Shown: positions 31,644 to 41,341 of the stretch, piece after piece
Numbering within the stretch: the first letter of the stretch is position 1
Layout of the letters: every line of letters starts with the position of its first letter
DNA from: Candidatus Multivoradales bacterium
Lineage (GTDB): Bacteria > Acidobacteriota > Thermoanaerobaculia > Multivoradales > JAHEKO01
Assembly (NCBI GenBank): GCA_965223855.1
Contig: CBDCXM010000009.1
Coordinates: 288,001 to 352,000 of the forward strand
Direction: 5' to 3'
Length of the DNA stretch: 64,000 bases
The notes under the pieces: generated by a model
Seen by the model: only the letters and a program-made list of their open reading frames with translations
What the model was told of the DNA's origin: nothing
The model's database searches: none
Position numbers and translations under genes: made by a program

Positions 31644-31687
31644 AATCAACCACGACACGGACGATAATCATCCACCACGTGGACGAT
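31644..31687. repeat. imperfect 22-bp tandem repeat upstream of the AAA ATPase
   Basis: AATCAACCACGACACGGACGAT / AATCATCCACCACGTGGACGAT (18/22 identical). Confidence 0.6.
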
Positions 31688-31734
31688 TTGCAGCCCAGGA
31701 GTCCTCCTCGGCGACCGGCCGGATTCGCCCGCCG

Positions 31735-32358
31735 TCAGCGACGCGTGATCGTGATCTCGTCCGGAAACTCGATCGGCCCCAATGGGGTCTGGAGCGTCGG
31801 ACGGACCAGCAGGCGCAGCGAGGCGCCCTCGCCATCCTCCCCCGCCGCGTCGAGAGCGACATCGACCAGCTCCCGCAGGTCGTCCTCGAAGAACCGCAAC
31901 AGGTCGAGACGGATCGGTACCGGCAGGTCCGAGACCTGCCCCGGTTCGAGCGGCGTCGTCTCGGTCACCCGGCCGCTGACGGTCTCGCGATCGTCGATCA
32001 TCAGGCGCCAGTCGAGGGCCAAGAGGCTGGCGGCGACGCCGTTCGAGGCGGGGTTGGAGACGCCGACGTGGAGGGTGAACGAGAGTGGCAGCCGGCCGTC
32101 GGCGAGGGCCTGCGCGAGCTGCACCAGGTCGCTCGGCCTGAGGTCCTCGAAGCGGCTCAGCCGATCGATCGGCACGCCGGCCAGACGGCCGGCCGAGGTG
32201 CCGTCGAGGAAGAAGTCGACGTCGCGCAGGTTGACGATCTGCTGCAGGGCGGTGCATCCCCCGACCGCCAGCGTCAACAGGACGCCTGTAACGAAAGACG
32301 CCCGTCTGCGGGAACCGAGTCCCCTGGATGTGGCGACGCGCCTTCGAGTCCGTTTCAT
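31735..32358 (-). CDS. LEA_2/WHy-like lipoprotein
   Basis: AGGA RBS; lipobox AVGGC; V.NP...LDWRLMIDD...SG and PTLQTPLGPI motifs. Confidence 0.7.
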   Translation of the reverse strand: MKRTRRRVATSRGLGSRRRASFVTGVLLTLAVGGCTALQQIVNLRDVDFFLDGTSAGRLAGVPIDRLSRFEDLRPSDLVQLAQALADGRLPLSFTLHVGVSNPASNGVAASLLALDWRLMIDDRETVSGRVTETTPLEPGQVSDLPVPIRLDLLRFFEDDLRELVDVALDAAGEDGEGASLRLLVRPTLQTPLGPIEFPDEITITRR

Positions 32359-32429
32359 CGGTCGTCCTTTCCTCGAGCGGTCCGACGCTCCCTCGCGAAC
32401 GACCGTGATCCTCTCACCCGAAGGGTCCC

Positions 32430-34655
32430 TCAACCGACCACCGAAGGTGCGCTCAGCAACGCTTGCTGTCTCTCGACGACGGCGCGTGCCTGGTCGAGCC
32501 GGGCCTCGAAGTCCGGATGGTCGCGTACGCCGGCCCAACGCGGGTCTCCCCCGAGCTCGTAGTAGCCGACCCAACCCGACCGCAGCGCGTTGGCCAGCAG
32601 CTCCAGAGCGCGGTCGCCGTCGCCCTCGATGGCGTGGAGGCGGGCCAGCGCCGCCAGGTCCGAGGGGCGCCGACCGAGCCCGGCACGGGCGCGGGCCTCG
32701 AACTGCGCTCGCAGCTCGACCAGCCTCGCCGAAGCACGCTCGGCCTGCCCGGTCTCCCGCCACGCAAGGGCGAGGAACTGCATCGCCTCGAGCACGGCGA
32801 AGTCCTCCCTCAACTCGAAGCGGTCGCGAAGCGCCGGCTCGAGCACCGCGACGCCTTCTTCGAACCGGCCCTGGCGGACGAGGGCCGACCCCTTCATCCA
32901 GGAGACGTGCGGGCCGGCGCTACCCGGCCGGTCGCCTTCGAGGGCAAGGACTTCCTCCTCGAGCGCCGCCCACTGGCCGGTCGCCGCAAGGTAGTCGGCG
33001 CGAAGTACGAAGGCGAGTCCCCGGTCGGGCCACGACGACGCGGATCGAGCCTGCTCGTAGCTCGAGGTCGCCGCATCGAAAAGCCCGAGCCTGCCGAAGC
33101 TGTTCGCCGTCACCGCCAGCGCGGAGCTGCGCAGCGGGCCGGGCAGACGCTCCTGCCGGGTGATCTCCTGCACGAGCTCGGCGTGCCGCGACCAGCTCCA
33201 GAGCACCTGCCCCAGATCGAGCAGCGCCGGCTGATCGGGGTTCGGCCACTCCCGCACCTTGCGGAGCAACCCGATCGCTCGCGGCAGCTCACCCCGTTCG
33301 GAGAACTCACGGGCTAGCGCCCGGTTGAGGCCGTAGTGGAAGGGATCGCGCTCGATCGCCGCCTGCCGGACGTCGAACGCCTCCTGCCATCGGCCGGCGG
33401 TATCGAGCGTGGCGGCGAGATAGTGCTGCGCCTCGGTGAGGCTCGGATGCAGCCGTGTGGCCTGCCGGAAATGGTCGATGGCCGTCGCAGCCCCGTCGCT
33501 CGAACGCTGCCGTGTGGCCAGGAGGCCGAGGGTGAGATGAGCTTCGGCTGCACCGGGGTCGAGCGACAGGGCCCGGTCGGCAAACTCGCGCGCTCCGGCG
33601 GTGTCGCCCTCGTGAGCCAGGACCCGGGCTAGACCGGCGTGGGCGTCGGCATAGTCCGGCTCGAGCTCGATCGCCCGGCGGTACGAACGCACCGCCTCGT
33701 CCGCATGTCGCACCAGGCCCAGCCGCGTGTACTCGCGACCGGCCAGATAGCTCTGGAGCGCCTCTACCGACACGACCCGCTCTCCTGATCGGGACTGCTC
33801 GAGAGTGAGGGCGAGCAGCCGGGCGATCGACCGTGCCACCTCACTCCTGACTTCGAGAGTGTCCGCAAGGGCGCGATCGTAGGAATCCCCCCAGATCTGG
33901 CGCCCCTCGGCGTCGAGCAGCCGCGCGGAAACCCGCAGACGTCCGTTCTCGGGATGAACCGTCCCCATCAGCAGGTAGTCGACCGCCAGCCGGGACGCCA
34001 GGTCGGTCGCCTGAGGCGGATCGCCGCCGAACGCGAAGGAGGACGTGCGCGCCATGACGCGCAGCGCCTCGATTCGCGCCAGGAGATCGAGGACGTCCTC
34101 GGAGAAGCCGGTACCGAAGAGGTCGTAGTCGGCGTTGCCACTGACGTTGACGAACGGCAGTACGGCGATCGCCCTGGCGGACGGGGTCGAGGCCGGCGGC
34201 GGTGCGGCCGCCGGATCTCCCTGTTGCCCGAGGTTCCACCAGACGGCCGCCAGGAGCAGGAAGACGAGGACTCCCCCGACGGCCAGCCGGGGTGTGACCG
34301 ACGGTTTCGCCGTCTCGCTGCTCGCGACCGCCCCCTCTTCGACCGGCTCCGGCGCGACGGCGAGCCGGTAGCCGCGCCTGGCGATGGTCTCGATGTAGCG
34401 GGGATTGCGGGCGTCGTCGTCGAGCGCACGGCGCAGCTTGGCGATCGCGCCGTAGACGGGATTGTCCCCCATCGCCCGCCCCTCCCACACGACTTCGATC
34501 AGCTCGTCGGCCGAGAGCACCTCACCGGGACGCTCGGCCAGCGCGAGCAGGACCTCCATCGTCTTCGGCTCCAGCAACTCGTGCCGCTCGTCGCGCGCCA
34601 CGGTGAGGCGGTCGGGATCGACCCGCCAGGGGCCGAGGCGGAACGGCGATCTCAT
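32430..34655 (-). CDS. CadC/ToxR-like winged-helix transmembrane regulator with TolB-N-like and TPR domains
   Basis: LEPKTMEVLLALAERPGEV, LRRALDDDARNPRYIETIARRGYRL (OmpR-type wHTH); one TM; IAVLPFVN; TPR-like repeats. Confidence 0.88.
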   Translation of the reverse strand: MRSPFRLGPWRVDPDRLTVARDERHELLEPKTMEVLLALAERPGEVLSADELIEVVWEGRAMGDNPVYGAIAKLRRALDDDARNPRYIETIARRGYRLAVAPEPVEEGAVASSETAKPSVTPRLAVGGVLVFLLLAAVWWNLGQQGDPAAAPPPASTPSARAIAVLPFVNVSGNADYDLFGTGFSEDVLDLLARIEALRVMARTSSFAFGGDPPQATDLASRLAVDYLLMGTVHPENGRLRVSARLLDAEGRQIWGDSYDRALADTLEVRSEVARSIARLLALTLEQSRSGERVVSVEALQSYLAGREYTRLGLVRHADEAVRSYRRAIELEPDYADAHAGLARVLAHEGDTAGAREFADRALSLDPGAAEAHLTLGLLATRQRSSDGAATAIDHFRQATRLHPSLTEAQHYLAATLDTAGRWQEAFDVRQAAIERDPFHYGLNRALAREFSERGELPRAIGLLRKVREWPNPDQPALLDLGQVLWSWSRHAELVQEITRQERLPGPLRSSALAVTANSFGRLGLFDAATSSYEQARSASSWPDRGLAFVLRADYLAATGQWAALEEEVLALEGDRPGSAGPHVSWMKGSALVRQGRFEEGVAVLEPALRDRFELREDFAVLEAMQFLALAWRETGQAERASARLVELRAQFEARARAGLGRRPSDLAALARLHAIEGDGDRALELLANALRSGWVGYYELGGDPRWAGVRDHPDFEARLDQARAVVERQQALLSAPSVVG

Positions 34656-34703
34656 TGCAAAACAGGGAGTTGAGGGCGATGCGTCGAGTGCTGGCGGGAC
34701 TCT

Positions 34704-34745
34704 ACAGGAAGATTCCAGACACAAACCAGAACTCCGACAGGCTTC
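34704..34745. promoter_or_regulatory. four CAG-centred repeats with exact 11-bp phasing (candidate wHTH operator)
   Basis: CAG at 34705, 34716, 34727 and 34738 between the divergent regulator and the amidohydrolase. Confidence 0.5.
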
Positions 34746-34802
34746 TCGTGGTGCCGGCGGCGAGAGTGGTGCGGTCCCGAACCACCACCAGAGGAGAACG
34801 CC

Positions 34803-36620
34803 ATGACCAGAGGTTTCCAGCCCCGCTCGCTCGCCGTCGCCTTCGCGCTCGGCGCCCTTCTACTCCCCTCGCCGCCGGCCGGTGCCGACCCCGATCGGCT
34901 CGAGTCCGATGGCGCGACCCTCGTCGTCTGCGAAGAGCTGCCGCTGCCCACTTCCGGGAGGGTGTGCGATGCCAATCCCGGCCCGGGTGCCGGGATCGTC
35001 GTGCGCGGCAACGTCCTCGACATCGACACCCTCTACGAAGGTGGAGAGGTGCTGGTGGACGGCACCGGCTTCATCCTCCACGTCGGCTGCCGCGAAGACC
35101 GCCCCTCCTACCTCGACGGCGTCGCCGCCGGCTCGACCGAGCTGGTCTGCCGCGACGGTGCCGTCTCTCCCGGGCGCATCAACCCGCATACCCACACCAC
35201 CTTCGACTCCAACTTCCCCGTCACCCTCGAGGAGCGATTCGATCACCGCAACGACTGGCGCCCGTTCTATTCGTGGGACGCCGGGCACAGCCTCCAGGCC
35301 GGCTACGCCGAGCTGCGCCACGTGATGGCCGGTACCACTGCGACCGCTTCGGGTTCGTACATCCCCGGTCTCGCCCTCAACCTCGAGGTGTTCAATACTC
35401 AGTGGGACACCTTCCCGCTCGAGGCGCCGCTCGACTTCATCAAGAACGACGCTGCGTGCGCGGACTTTCCCGAGTACGGCGACTTCCCCGGCAAGGTCGT
35501 CGGCAGTGAGTACCTGCCGCATCTCTCGGAAGGGATCGATGCCGCCGCGCAGAACGAGTTCGCCTGTCTCGAGCCGTTCATGGACGACTCCTGGACGCTG
35601 CTCCACGGCGTCGGCACCGACGCCGCCGACGGCCGTTCGATGGCAGAGAAGGGCGTCGGTCTCGTCTGGTCGCCGCGCGGCAACGCCCACCACTACGGCA
35701 ACACCGCACCGGTGCGCACCCTCGCCGACCAGGGGGTACTCCTCTCGCTCGGCAGCGACTGGACGCCGACTGGGTCCTCCACTCTCGCGCGCGAGCTCGC
35801 CTGCGCCGCCGAGTGGAACGAGAGCTATCTCGATCGCCGCTTCAGCGACCGCGAGCTGTGGCTGATGTCGACCTACAACGCCGCGCTGTCGCTCGGTGTC
35901 GACGAGCAGATGGGGCGTCTGGCGCCCGGCCTGCTGGCGAACCTGGTCGTCTACGACGGCAGTGGCCGGCTCGACCCCTACGGTGTCGCCGTCGACGGCG
36001 GCCCGGAGGAGATCGCCTTCGTCCTGCAGGGGGACGTCATCCCGCTCTCCTTCGGCCAGCCGCCCAAGGCCTCCGCCCTCTACGGCGACCTCGAGCTGAT
36101 GACCGCAATGGCCGGCTCTCCGGTCGTCGCCGGCTGCGAGGTCTACCGTGAGCCGTGGGCAGGTTCGTTCGATGTCTGCGGCATCGACAAGTTCGTCTGC
36201 ACCGATCGTCCTGAGACCCGCTCAGCGGCCGGCCCGTTCGCCCAGTTCTGGCTGCTGTCGGCGACGATCCACGACGCCGGCTACCAGTCGGTCTTCGGGC
36301 CGAGTTATCCGCTGTTCTCGTGCGGCGCCCCGGTCGACGAGCCGCCGTGCACCCCCGCTCGTTTCGGCGAGTACGACGGCATCCCGGTCGGCGGCCCCGC
36401 TTCGACGGCCGACTACGACGGCGACGGCGTCGTCGACAACGCGGACAACTGCCGCAAGGTCTTCAACCCGATCCGCCCGATGGACGGCGGCGTCCAGGCC
36501 GACGCCGACGGCGACGGGCGCGGCGACGCATGCGACAAATGCCCGCTCGATGCCGGCGCGCTCTGCACCGCGATCGACCCCTACACGGGTGCGACGGTGC
36601 TGATCACGGACGGCGACTGA
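34803..36620 (+). CDS. secreted amidohydrolase-family protein with C-terminal thrombospondin type 3 Ca-binding repeats
   Basis: Signal peptide; INPHTH, PHLSEG, LLHGVG and GSDW metal motifs; DYDGDGVVDNADNC and DADGDGRGDACDKC repeats. Confidence 0.82.
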   Translation: MTRGFQPRSLAVAFALGALLLPSPPAGADPDRLESDGATLVVCEELPLPTSGRVCDANPGPGAGIVVRGNVLDIDTLYEGGEVLVDGTGFILHVGCREDRPSYLDGVAAGSTELVCRDGAVSPGRINPHTHTTFDSNFPVTLEERFDHRNDWRPFYSWDAGHSLQAGYAELRHVMAGTTATASGSYIPGLALNLEVFNTQWDTFPLEAPLDFIKNDAACADFPEYGDFPGKVVGSEYLPHLSEGIDAAAQNEFACLEPFMDDSWTLLHGVGTDAADGRSMAEKGVGLVWSPRGNAHHYGNTAPVRTLADQGVLLSLGSDWTPTGSSTLARELACAAEWNESYLDRRFSDRELWLMSTYNAALSLGVDEQMGRLAPGLLANLVVYDGSGRLDPYGVAVDGGPEEIAFVLQGDVIPLSFGQPPKASALYGDLELMTAMAGSPVVAGCEVYREPWAGSFDVCGIDKFVCTDRPETRSAAGPFAQFWLLSATIHDAGYQSVFGPSYPLFSCGAPVDEPPCTPARFGEYDGIPVGGPASTADYDGDGVVDNADNCRKVFNPIRPMDGGVQADADGDGRGDACDKCPLDAGALCTAIDPYTGATVLITDGD

Positions 36621-36640
36621 GACCCGGTCGGTCCCGGTTG

Positions 36641-38347
36641 CTACGGCGCGGGGTAGAGCGTCGGCGCCCCGGGACCGACCGGCAGGCCGAGCCCGAAGAC
36701 CCAGATGTAGAAGAGGATCATCCAGCCGATGAGGAAGGTCACCGAGTACGGCAGCATGGTGGCGATCATGGTGCCGATTCCGAGATCACGCCGGTACTTG
36801 ACCGCCATCGCCAGGATGAGACCGAAGTAGCTCATCATCGGGGTGATGATGTTGGTGGTCGAGTCGCCGATCCGGTAGGCGGCCTGGATCACCTCCGGGC
36901 TGTAGCCGATCGACATCAGCATCGGCACGAAGATCGGCGCCGTCACCGCCCACTGGGCGCTCGCGGAGCCGAGCATCAGGTTGACGAACCCGCACATCAG
37001 GATGAACGGGGCGAAGACCATCGGGTTGTCGAGTCGCATCGCCACCAGGGCGTCGGCGCCGAGCACCGCCAGGATGCGGCCGAGGCCCGAGTAGGCGAAG
37101 AACGACACGAACTGGGCGGCGAAGAACACCAGCACGATGTAAAGGCCCATGCTGCGCATCGCGCCGGCCATCGCGTGGATGACGTCGCGATCGTTCTTCA
37201 TCGAGCCGACGATGCGGCCGTAGACGAAGCCGGGGACGACGAAGAAGATCAGGATGAAGGAGACGACGCTGCGCAGGAGAGGCCGGAAGGCTTCGGGGCC
37301 GGCGGCGGTCGGGTCGGGGTTGCGCATCATGCCGAAGCCGGGGATCCAGTCGAGGAAGCTGAGGATCGCGGGGCCGGCGAGGATCACGATCCCGAACGCC
37401 ACCATCAGCGCGCTCAGGCCGGCGTAGCGCAGCGCCTTACGCTCGACGGCGGTGACCTCCTCCATCTCCGTGCGCTCTTCCAGGTCCTCGGAAGCCTCGC
37501 TCTCGTCGTACTCGCCCAGCCGTGGCTCGACGATCTTGGCCGTCACGTACCAGCCGATCGCCGTGATGACGAAGGTGCTCGCGATCATGAAATACCAGTT
37601 GACGGCCGGGTGGACCTCGTAGACAGGGTCGATCAGACGCGCCGCCTCCTCGGTGATGCCGGAGAGCAGTGGGTCGACGGTGCCGATCAGCAGGTTGGCG
37701 GAGTACCCACCGGAGACGCCGGCGAACGCCGCCGCCATGCCGGCCAGCGGATGCCTCCCAAGCGAGTGGAAGATCGCCATCGCCAGCGGGATCAGGACGA
37801 CGTACCCCATCTCGCTCGCCGTGTTGCTGACGATGCCGGCGAAGACGATCACCAGCGTGACGAGGTTCTTCGGCGCGCCCAGCACCAGCGCGCGGACGGC
37901 GGTCGTCAGCAGGCCGGAGCGCTCGGCGACCCCCACACCGAGGATCGCCACCAGCACCGTGCCGAGCGGCACGAAGCCGGTGAAGTTGGTCACCAGGTGC
38001 TGGAAGATCCAGCGGATGCCGTCGGCGGTCAAGAGACTGCTGACGGCGAAAATCTCACCCTCGTGACCGGGACGGGGGTCGTCGACCTGGAGGCCGAGCG
38101 CGGAAGTGATCGCCGAGAAGACGACGACGCCGAGCGCGAAGAGCGCAAACAGCGTGACCGGGTGAGGCAGCAGGTTGCCGAGCCATTCGACCGCGCCCAG
38201 CAGCCGGCCGACCCATCCGCTCGTCTCCTCCGGACGAGCGGACTTCTCGCCCGGTTTCTCCGCTTTCGGCGCGTCGTCGGAGGGCTCCGGTGCGGTCTCT
38301 CGTGTTTCCTCGGGCGTGTCCTTCGACTCAGGCGGTTCGGCGCTCAT
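36641..38347 (-). CDS. abgT: AbgT family transporter
   Basis: VEWLGNLLPHP, NFTGFVPLG, GRHPLAG, GGYSAN and YRIGDSTTNIITPMM motifs. Confidence 0.92.
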   Translation of the reverse strand: MSAEPPESKDTPEETRETAPEPSDDAPKAEKPGEKSARPEETSGWVGRLLGAVEWLGNLLPHPVTLFALFALGVVVFSAITSALGLQVDDPRPGHEGEIFAVSSLLTADGIRWIFQHLVTNFTGFVPLGTVLVAILGVGVAERSGLLTTAVRALVLGAPKNLVTLVIVFAGIVSNTASEMGYVVLIPLAMAIFHSLGRHPLAGMAAAFAGVSGGYSANLLIGTVDPLLSGITEEAARLIDPVYEVHPAVNWYFMIASTFVITAIGWYVTAKIVEPRLGEYDESEASEDLEERTEMEEVTAVERKALRYAGLSALMVAFGIVILAGPAILSFLDWIPGFGMMRNPDPTAAGPEAFRPLLRSVVSFILIFFVVPGFVYGRIVGSMKNDRDVIHAMAGAMRSMGLYIVLVFFAAQFVSFFAYSGLGRILAVLGADALVAMRLDNPMVFAPFILMCGFVNLMLGSASAQWAVTAPIFVPMLMSIGYSPEVIQAAYRIGDSTTNIITPMMSYFGLILAMAVKYRRDLGIGTMIATMLPYSVTFLIGWMILFYIWVFGLGLPVGPGAPTLYPAP

Positions 38348-38446
38348 CGCGCGATGATGCCACGGACGGTGCCGACGGCTCTGCCGCAACGCGGCGTCTC
38401 GCAGCGCCGCGGCGCCGCCGGCACGAAGCCACCAGGTTATCGAGCC

Positions 38447-39922
38447 TCAGTCTGCCGGAACCTCGAAGGTGATCGGTGCGTCCGGGCAGGGCTGCGCGGC
38501 CCCGTCGACCGCGCCGGTGACGAGGAACTCCTCCACAAGAGACCTCGCACACCCGAAGCCCGCCCCGTGGCTGGCGTCTCGAACGACGAGGTGGCGGCTG
38601 TTCGGCAGGGCTCCGCGCACGGACTCGGCCGCGGAGGCCGGCGTGGAGGGGTCGTAGGCGCCGGAGACGAGCAGCGCGGGCACCTCGGATCGGAAGTCGC
38701 GGTACCAAGACTCGGGCTGCGGCTCGACGTCCCAGATCTCGCAGGCGGCGGAGTACTCGTCGATCAGATAGGAGCCGAGGAAGGTGTCGCCTTCCCCAGG
38801 GCCCTCCTCGATCCGGGGCACGTCCTCGGTGCAGTAGGACGAGAGGTGCACGCCGACGTTGAGCACCCGGAGGATCGCCGTCGTGCGGTCGTAGTGATTC
38901 TGCGCGAAGTAGGAGAGATCACCGCTCGCGGCGGCCGCGGTGATCTCTCGTGGGAGCTCGGGGATGCGGCGGGTGTTGTAGAGGAGGCCACGTAATGCGT
39001 AGCCGAAATCGCCCCGGTGGACGTCGACCGCAACGGTTCGACTCTCCGCTTCGTCGTCTCCTCCCAGAGCGATCGTCGTACCCACCGGACCCTGATCCAG
39101 CCGAGCGAGAATGCGGTCGAGCTTCCCTTCGAGATCCGGGTAGGCGGCGGCGCAGGCCGGCTGGGCGTTGCAGTCGGTGACGACGCGCTGCCAGGCGGCC
39201 TCGGCATGGCCGGCGAACGGTGCCGGCATGCGGTAGTCGATCGGGGTGATGCCGTCGAGCGCGACCGCCGAGACACGCTCGGGGTACTCGCGCACGAAGG
39301 CGAGAGCCGTGCGGGCGCCGCCCGAACCTCCCCACAGGACGACCTTCGGGTAGCCGAGCGCATCCAGCACGGCGGCGACGTCGTGAACGTAGGCGCGAGT
39401 GTTGAAGTGCGAGAGATCGCGCCCCGAGTGAGTCTCGCGGCAACGGCCGATCGCCTCGCGGTTCCACAAGGCGCCGAAGACGAGTGAAGGGTCGGAACCG
39501 AGCGACTCGAGGCAGTCGATCGGCGCCTCGTCGTCGGCGCCGCGAAGGCCAACGAAGATCGCCGGGCGGTGTTCGAGGACCCGTGCGTAGACGTCGGTCG
39601 CGAGCGGGCGCAGATCGAAGGCGCTCTGGCCGGGCCCACCCGGCAGGAAGACGACCGGAGCGCCCTCCCGCCCGGCCTCCAGACGGAGGACGGGCAGACT
39701 CAGCGTGCCCGCCGAGCCGCCGGAGCGATCCAGCGCGACCGCAACTGAGCCGCAGTCGGCATTCGGCAGCGGCGCGGTGCACTCGTGAGCCTCGAAGCTC
39801 GACTCTGCGGGCAGTGCGGCGGGCACCGACCAGACGACTGCGAGAGCGAGGAACGAGACCGCCCGTCTCCAGGCGCGCGGCATGCGGTCAGGGATGTCTT
39901 TTCTCATGATCTCCAGCTCCAT
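38447..39922 (-). CDS. exported alpha/beta hydrolase (TAP-like/S33 peptidase)
   Basis: LPGGPG, GGSGG nucleophile, DPSTP and SHG motifs; signal peptide. Confidence 0.85.
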   Translation of the reverse strand: MELEIMRKDIPDRMPRAWRRAVSFLALAVVWSVPAALPAESSFEAHECTAPLPNADCGSVAVALDRSGGSAGTLSLPVLRLEAGREGAPVVFLPGGPGQSAFDLRPLATDVYARVLEHRPAIFVGLRGADDEAPIDCLESLGSDPSLVFGALWNREAIGRCRETHSGRDLSHFNTRAYVHDVAAVLDALGYPKVVLWGGSGGARTALAFVREYPERVSAVALDGITPIDYRMPAPFAGHAEAAWQRVVTDCNAQPACAAAYPDLEGKLDRILARLDQGPVGTTIALGGDDEAESRTVAVDVHRGDFGYALRGLLYNTRRIPELPREITAAAASGDLSYFAQNHYDRTTAILRVLNVGVHLSSYCTEDVPRIEEGPGEGDTFLGSYLIDEYSAACEIWDVEPQPESWYRDFRSEVPALLVSGAYDPSTPASAAESVRGALPNSRHLVVRDASHGAGFGCARSLVEEFLVTGAVDGAAQPCPDAPITFEVPAD

Positions 39923-40043
39923 CTCCCGGCTGCGGCGTCTCCCGCGCCGACAACTCGGCCATTCTCCTTCAGACAGCGCCGATCACCGTCTCGCTAGCCT
40001 TCGACGGTTTCCTTCCGACCGCCGCTCCCGTTACCCTCGACCG

Positions 40044-40652
40044 ATGACGAGAACCGCTCCCGCCCTGCTCGCTGCCGTCGCTCTGGCCTGCCCCGTCGTC
40101 GCGCAGGAGGACGAAGAGTTCCTCGACTTCAGCGACCAGATGACGCCGATCTGCGAGCTGCTCGGGCTCGAGGTGAAGCCACCGCCGGGCTGGTTCAACG
40201 TCCCCATCGAGGAGGACCGCGACGATTTCGCCGGCTGTCAGATGATGCTCACCGGCGAGCAGGAGGAGCTCGTCGGCATGATGCGCCTGATGTCTTTGCG
40301 ATTCCCCGCCGACACGCCCGAGGAGACGTGGTTCCCGGCGATCCTCGACATGGAGATCTCGTGGCTGGCCGAGATGGGGATCACCCTCGAGGAGATGCTC
40401 TTCTCCCGCAACGACGTGCCGATCGCCGGCGACGGTTTCGCTCCCGGGAAGGGTGTCGGGTTGCGCGCCTCGATCGAGGGCAACGACATTCCGCAGGAGG
40501 TCCACTTCCTCGGCTTCGGCAAGCCGGACGAGAAGTACCTGCTCAGCCTCTCGACCCCCGGCCGCGACGTCGAAGAGGGCGTCTACTACCAGCGCAATAC
40601 CGCCGACTTCGGCGTCCTGCTCCGCTCGTTCCAGCCGCTCACGGAAGAGTAG
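40044..40652 (+). CDS. hypothetical exported protein
   Basis: Signal peptide MTRTAPALLAAVALACPVVAQ; acidic mature domain. Confidence 0.65.
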   Translation: MTRTAPALLAAVALACPVVAQEDEEFLDFSDQMTPICELLGLEVKPPPGWFNVPIEEDRDDFAGCQMMLTGEQEELVGMMRLMSLRFPADTPEETWFPAILDMEISWLAEMGITLEEMLFSRNDVPIAGDGFAPGKGVGLRASIEGNDIPQEVHFLGFGKPDEKYLLSLSTPGRDVEEGVYYQRNTADFGVLLRSFQPLTEE

Positions 40653-40708
40653 CCGGCCGATTGTCTGCCGGCGGGGCGCTTGCCGGCCGGTCGTCTAGCT
40701 GTGGGCGC

Positions 40709-41263
40709 TCAGCGGACTTCCTGCCGCAGCCAGTGACGGGCCGACTGCCAGTCGCGCTCGACCGTCCGCACCGAGGCGCCCACCGCTTCAGCGGTCTCCG
40801 CGGTCGAGAGGCCGGCGAAGTAGCGGCACTCGAACACCCTGGCGCGGCGTGGATTCTCCCTGCCGAGACGATCGAGAGCGCGGTCCAGGGTCAGGAGCGT
40901 CTCCGCTTCCCGTTCGACGCCGAAACGCTCGGGTTCGAAGGTCACCGGGCGAACGCCGCCGCCTCTCTTGTCCCGCATGCGCTTGCGCGCGTGGTCGACG
41001 AGCACCTGTCGCATCGCGCGCGCCGCCAGGTTGAGGAAGTGCGCCCGATCCTCGCCCAGGACACCTGCCCCCGACGCCAGCTTGAGGTAGACCTCGTGAA
41101 CCAGGCCGGTGGTGTTGAGGGTCTGGTTGCGGGAGCCGAGGCGTCTCAGTCGGGCGAGCCGCTTCAACTCGTCGTAGACGAGCGTGAAGATCCGCGACAG
41201 CGCGTCTTCATCTCCACGCGCATGCCGTTCGAGAAGGCCTGCAAGTTCGTCTGTCTGGTCCAA
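40709..41263 (-). CDS. ECF sigma factor, kinase-associated type (TIGR02999/ECF43-like)
   Basis: VYDELKRLA, TLNTTGLVHEVYLKL, AMRQVLVDHAR, RYFAGLS..ETAE, RTVERDW..AR.WL. Confidence 0.9.
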   Translation of the reverse strand: MDQTDELAGLLERHARGDEDALSRIFTLVYDELKRLARLRRLGSRNQTLNTTGLVHEVYLKLASGAGVLGEDRAHFLNLAARAMRQVLVDHARKRMRDKRGGGVRPVTFEPERFGVEREAETLLTLDRALDRLGRENPRRARVFECRYFAGLSTAETAEAVGASVRTVERDWQSARHWLRQEVR

Positions 41264-41341
41264 CCCGGTGATTCTAGCGGTGCCGTTCAGGCTAGACTGC
41301 CGCTGAATCCACCACCGGTAGAGATCAAGGATCCGCCAGCG

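Noticed and set aside
40328-41341. N-terminal extension of the 1531-aa kinase ORF
   Set aside because: Overlaps the 40044-40652 gene and the antisense ECF gene; the plausible start is ATG 41342
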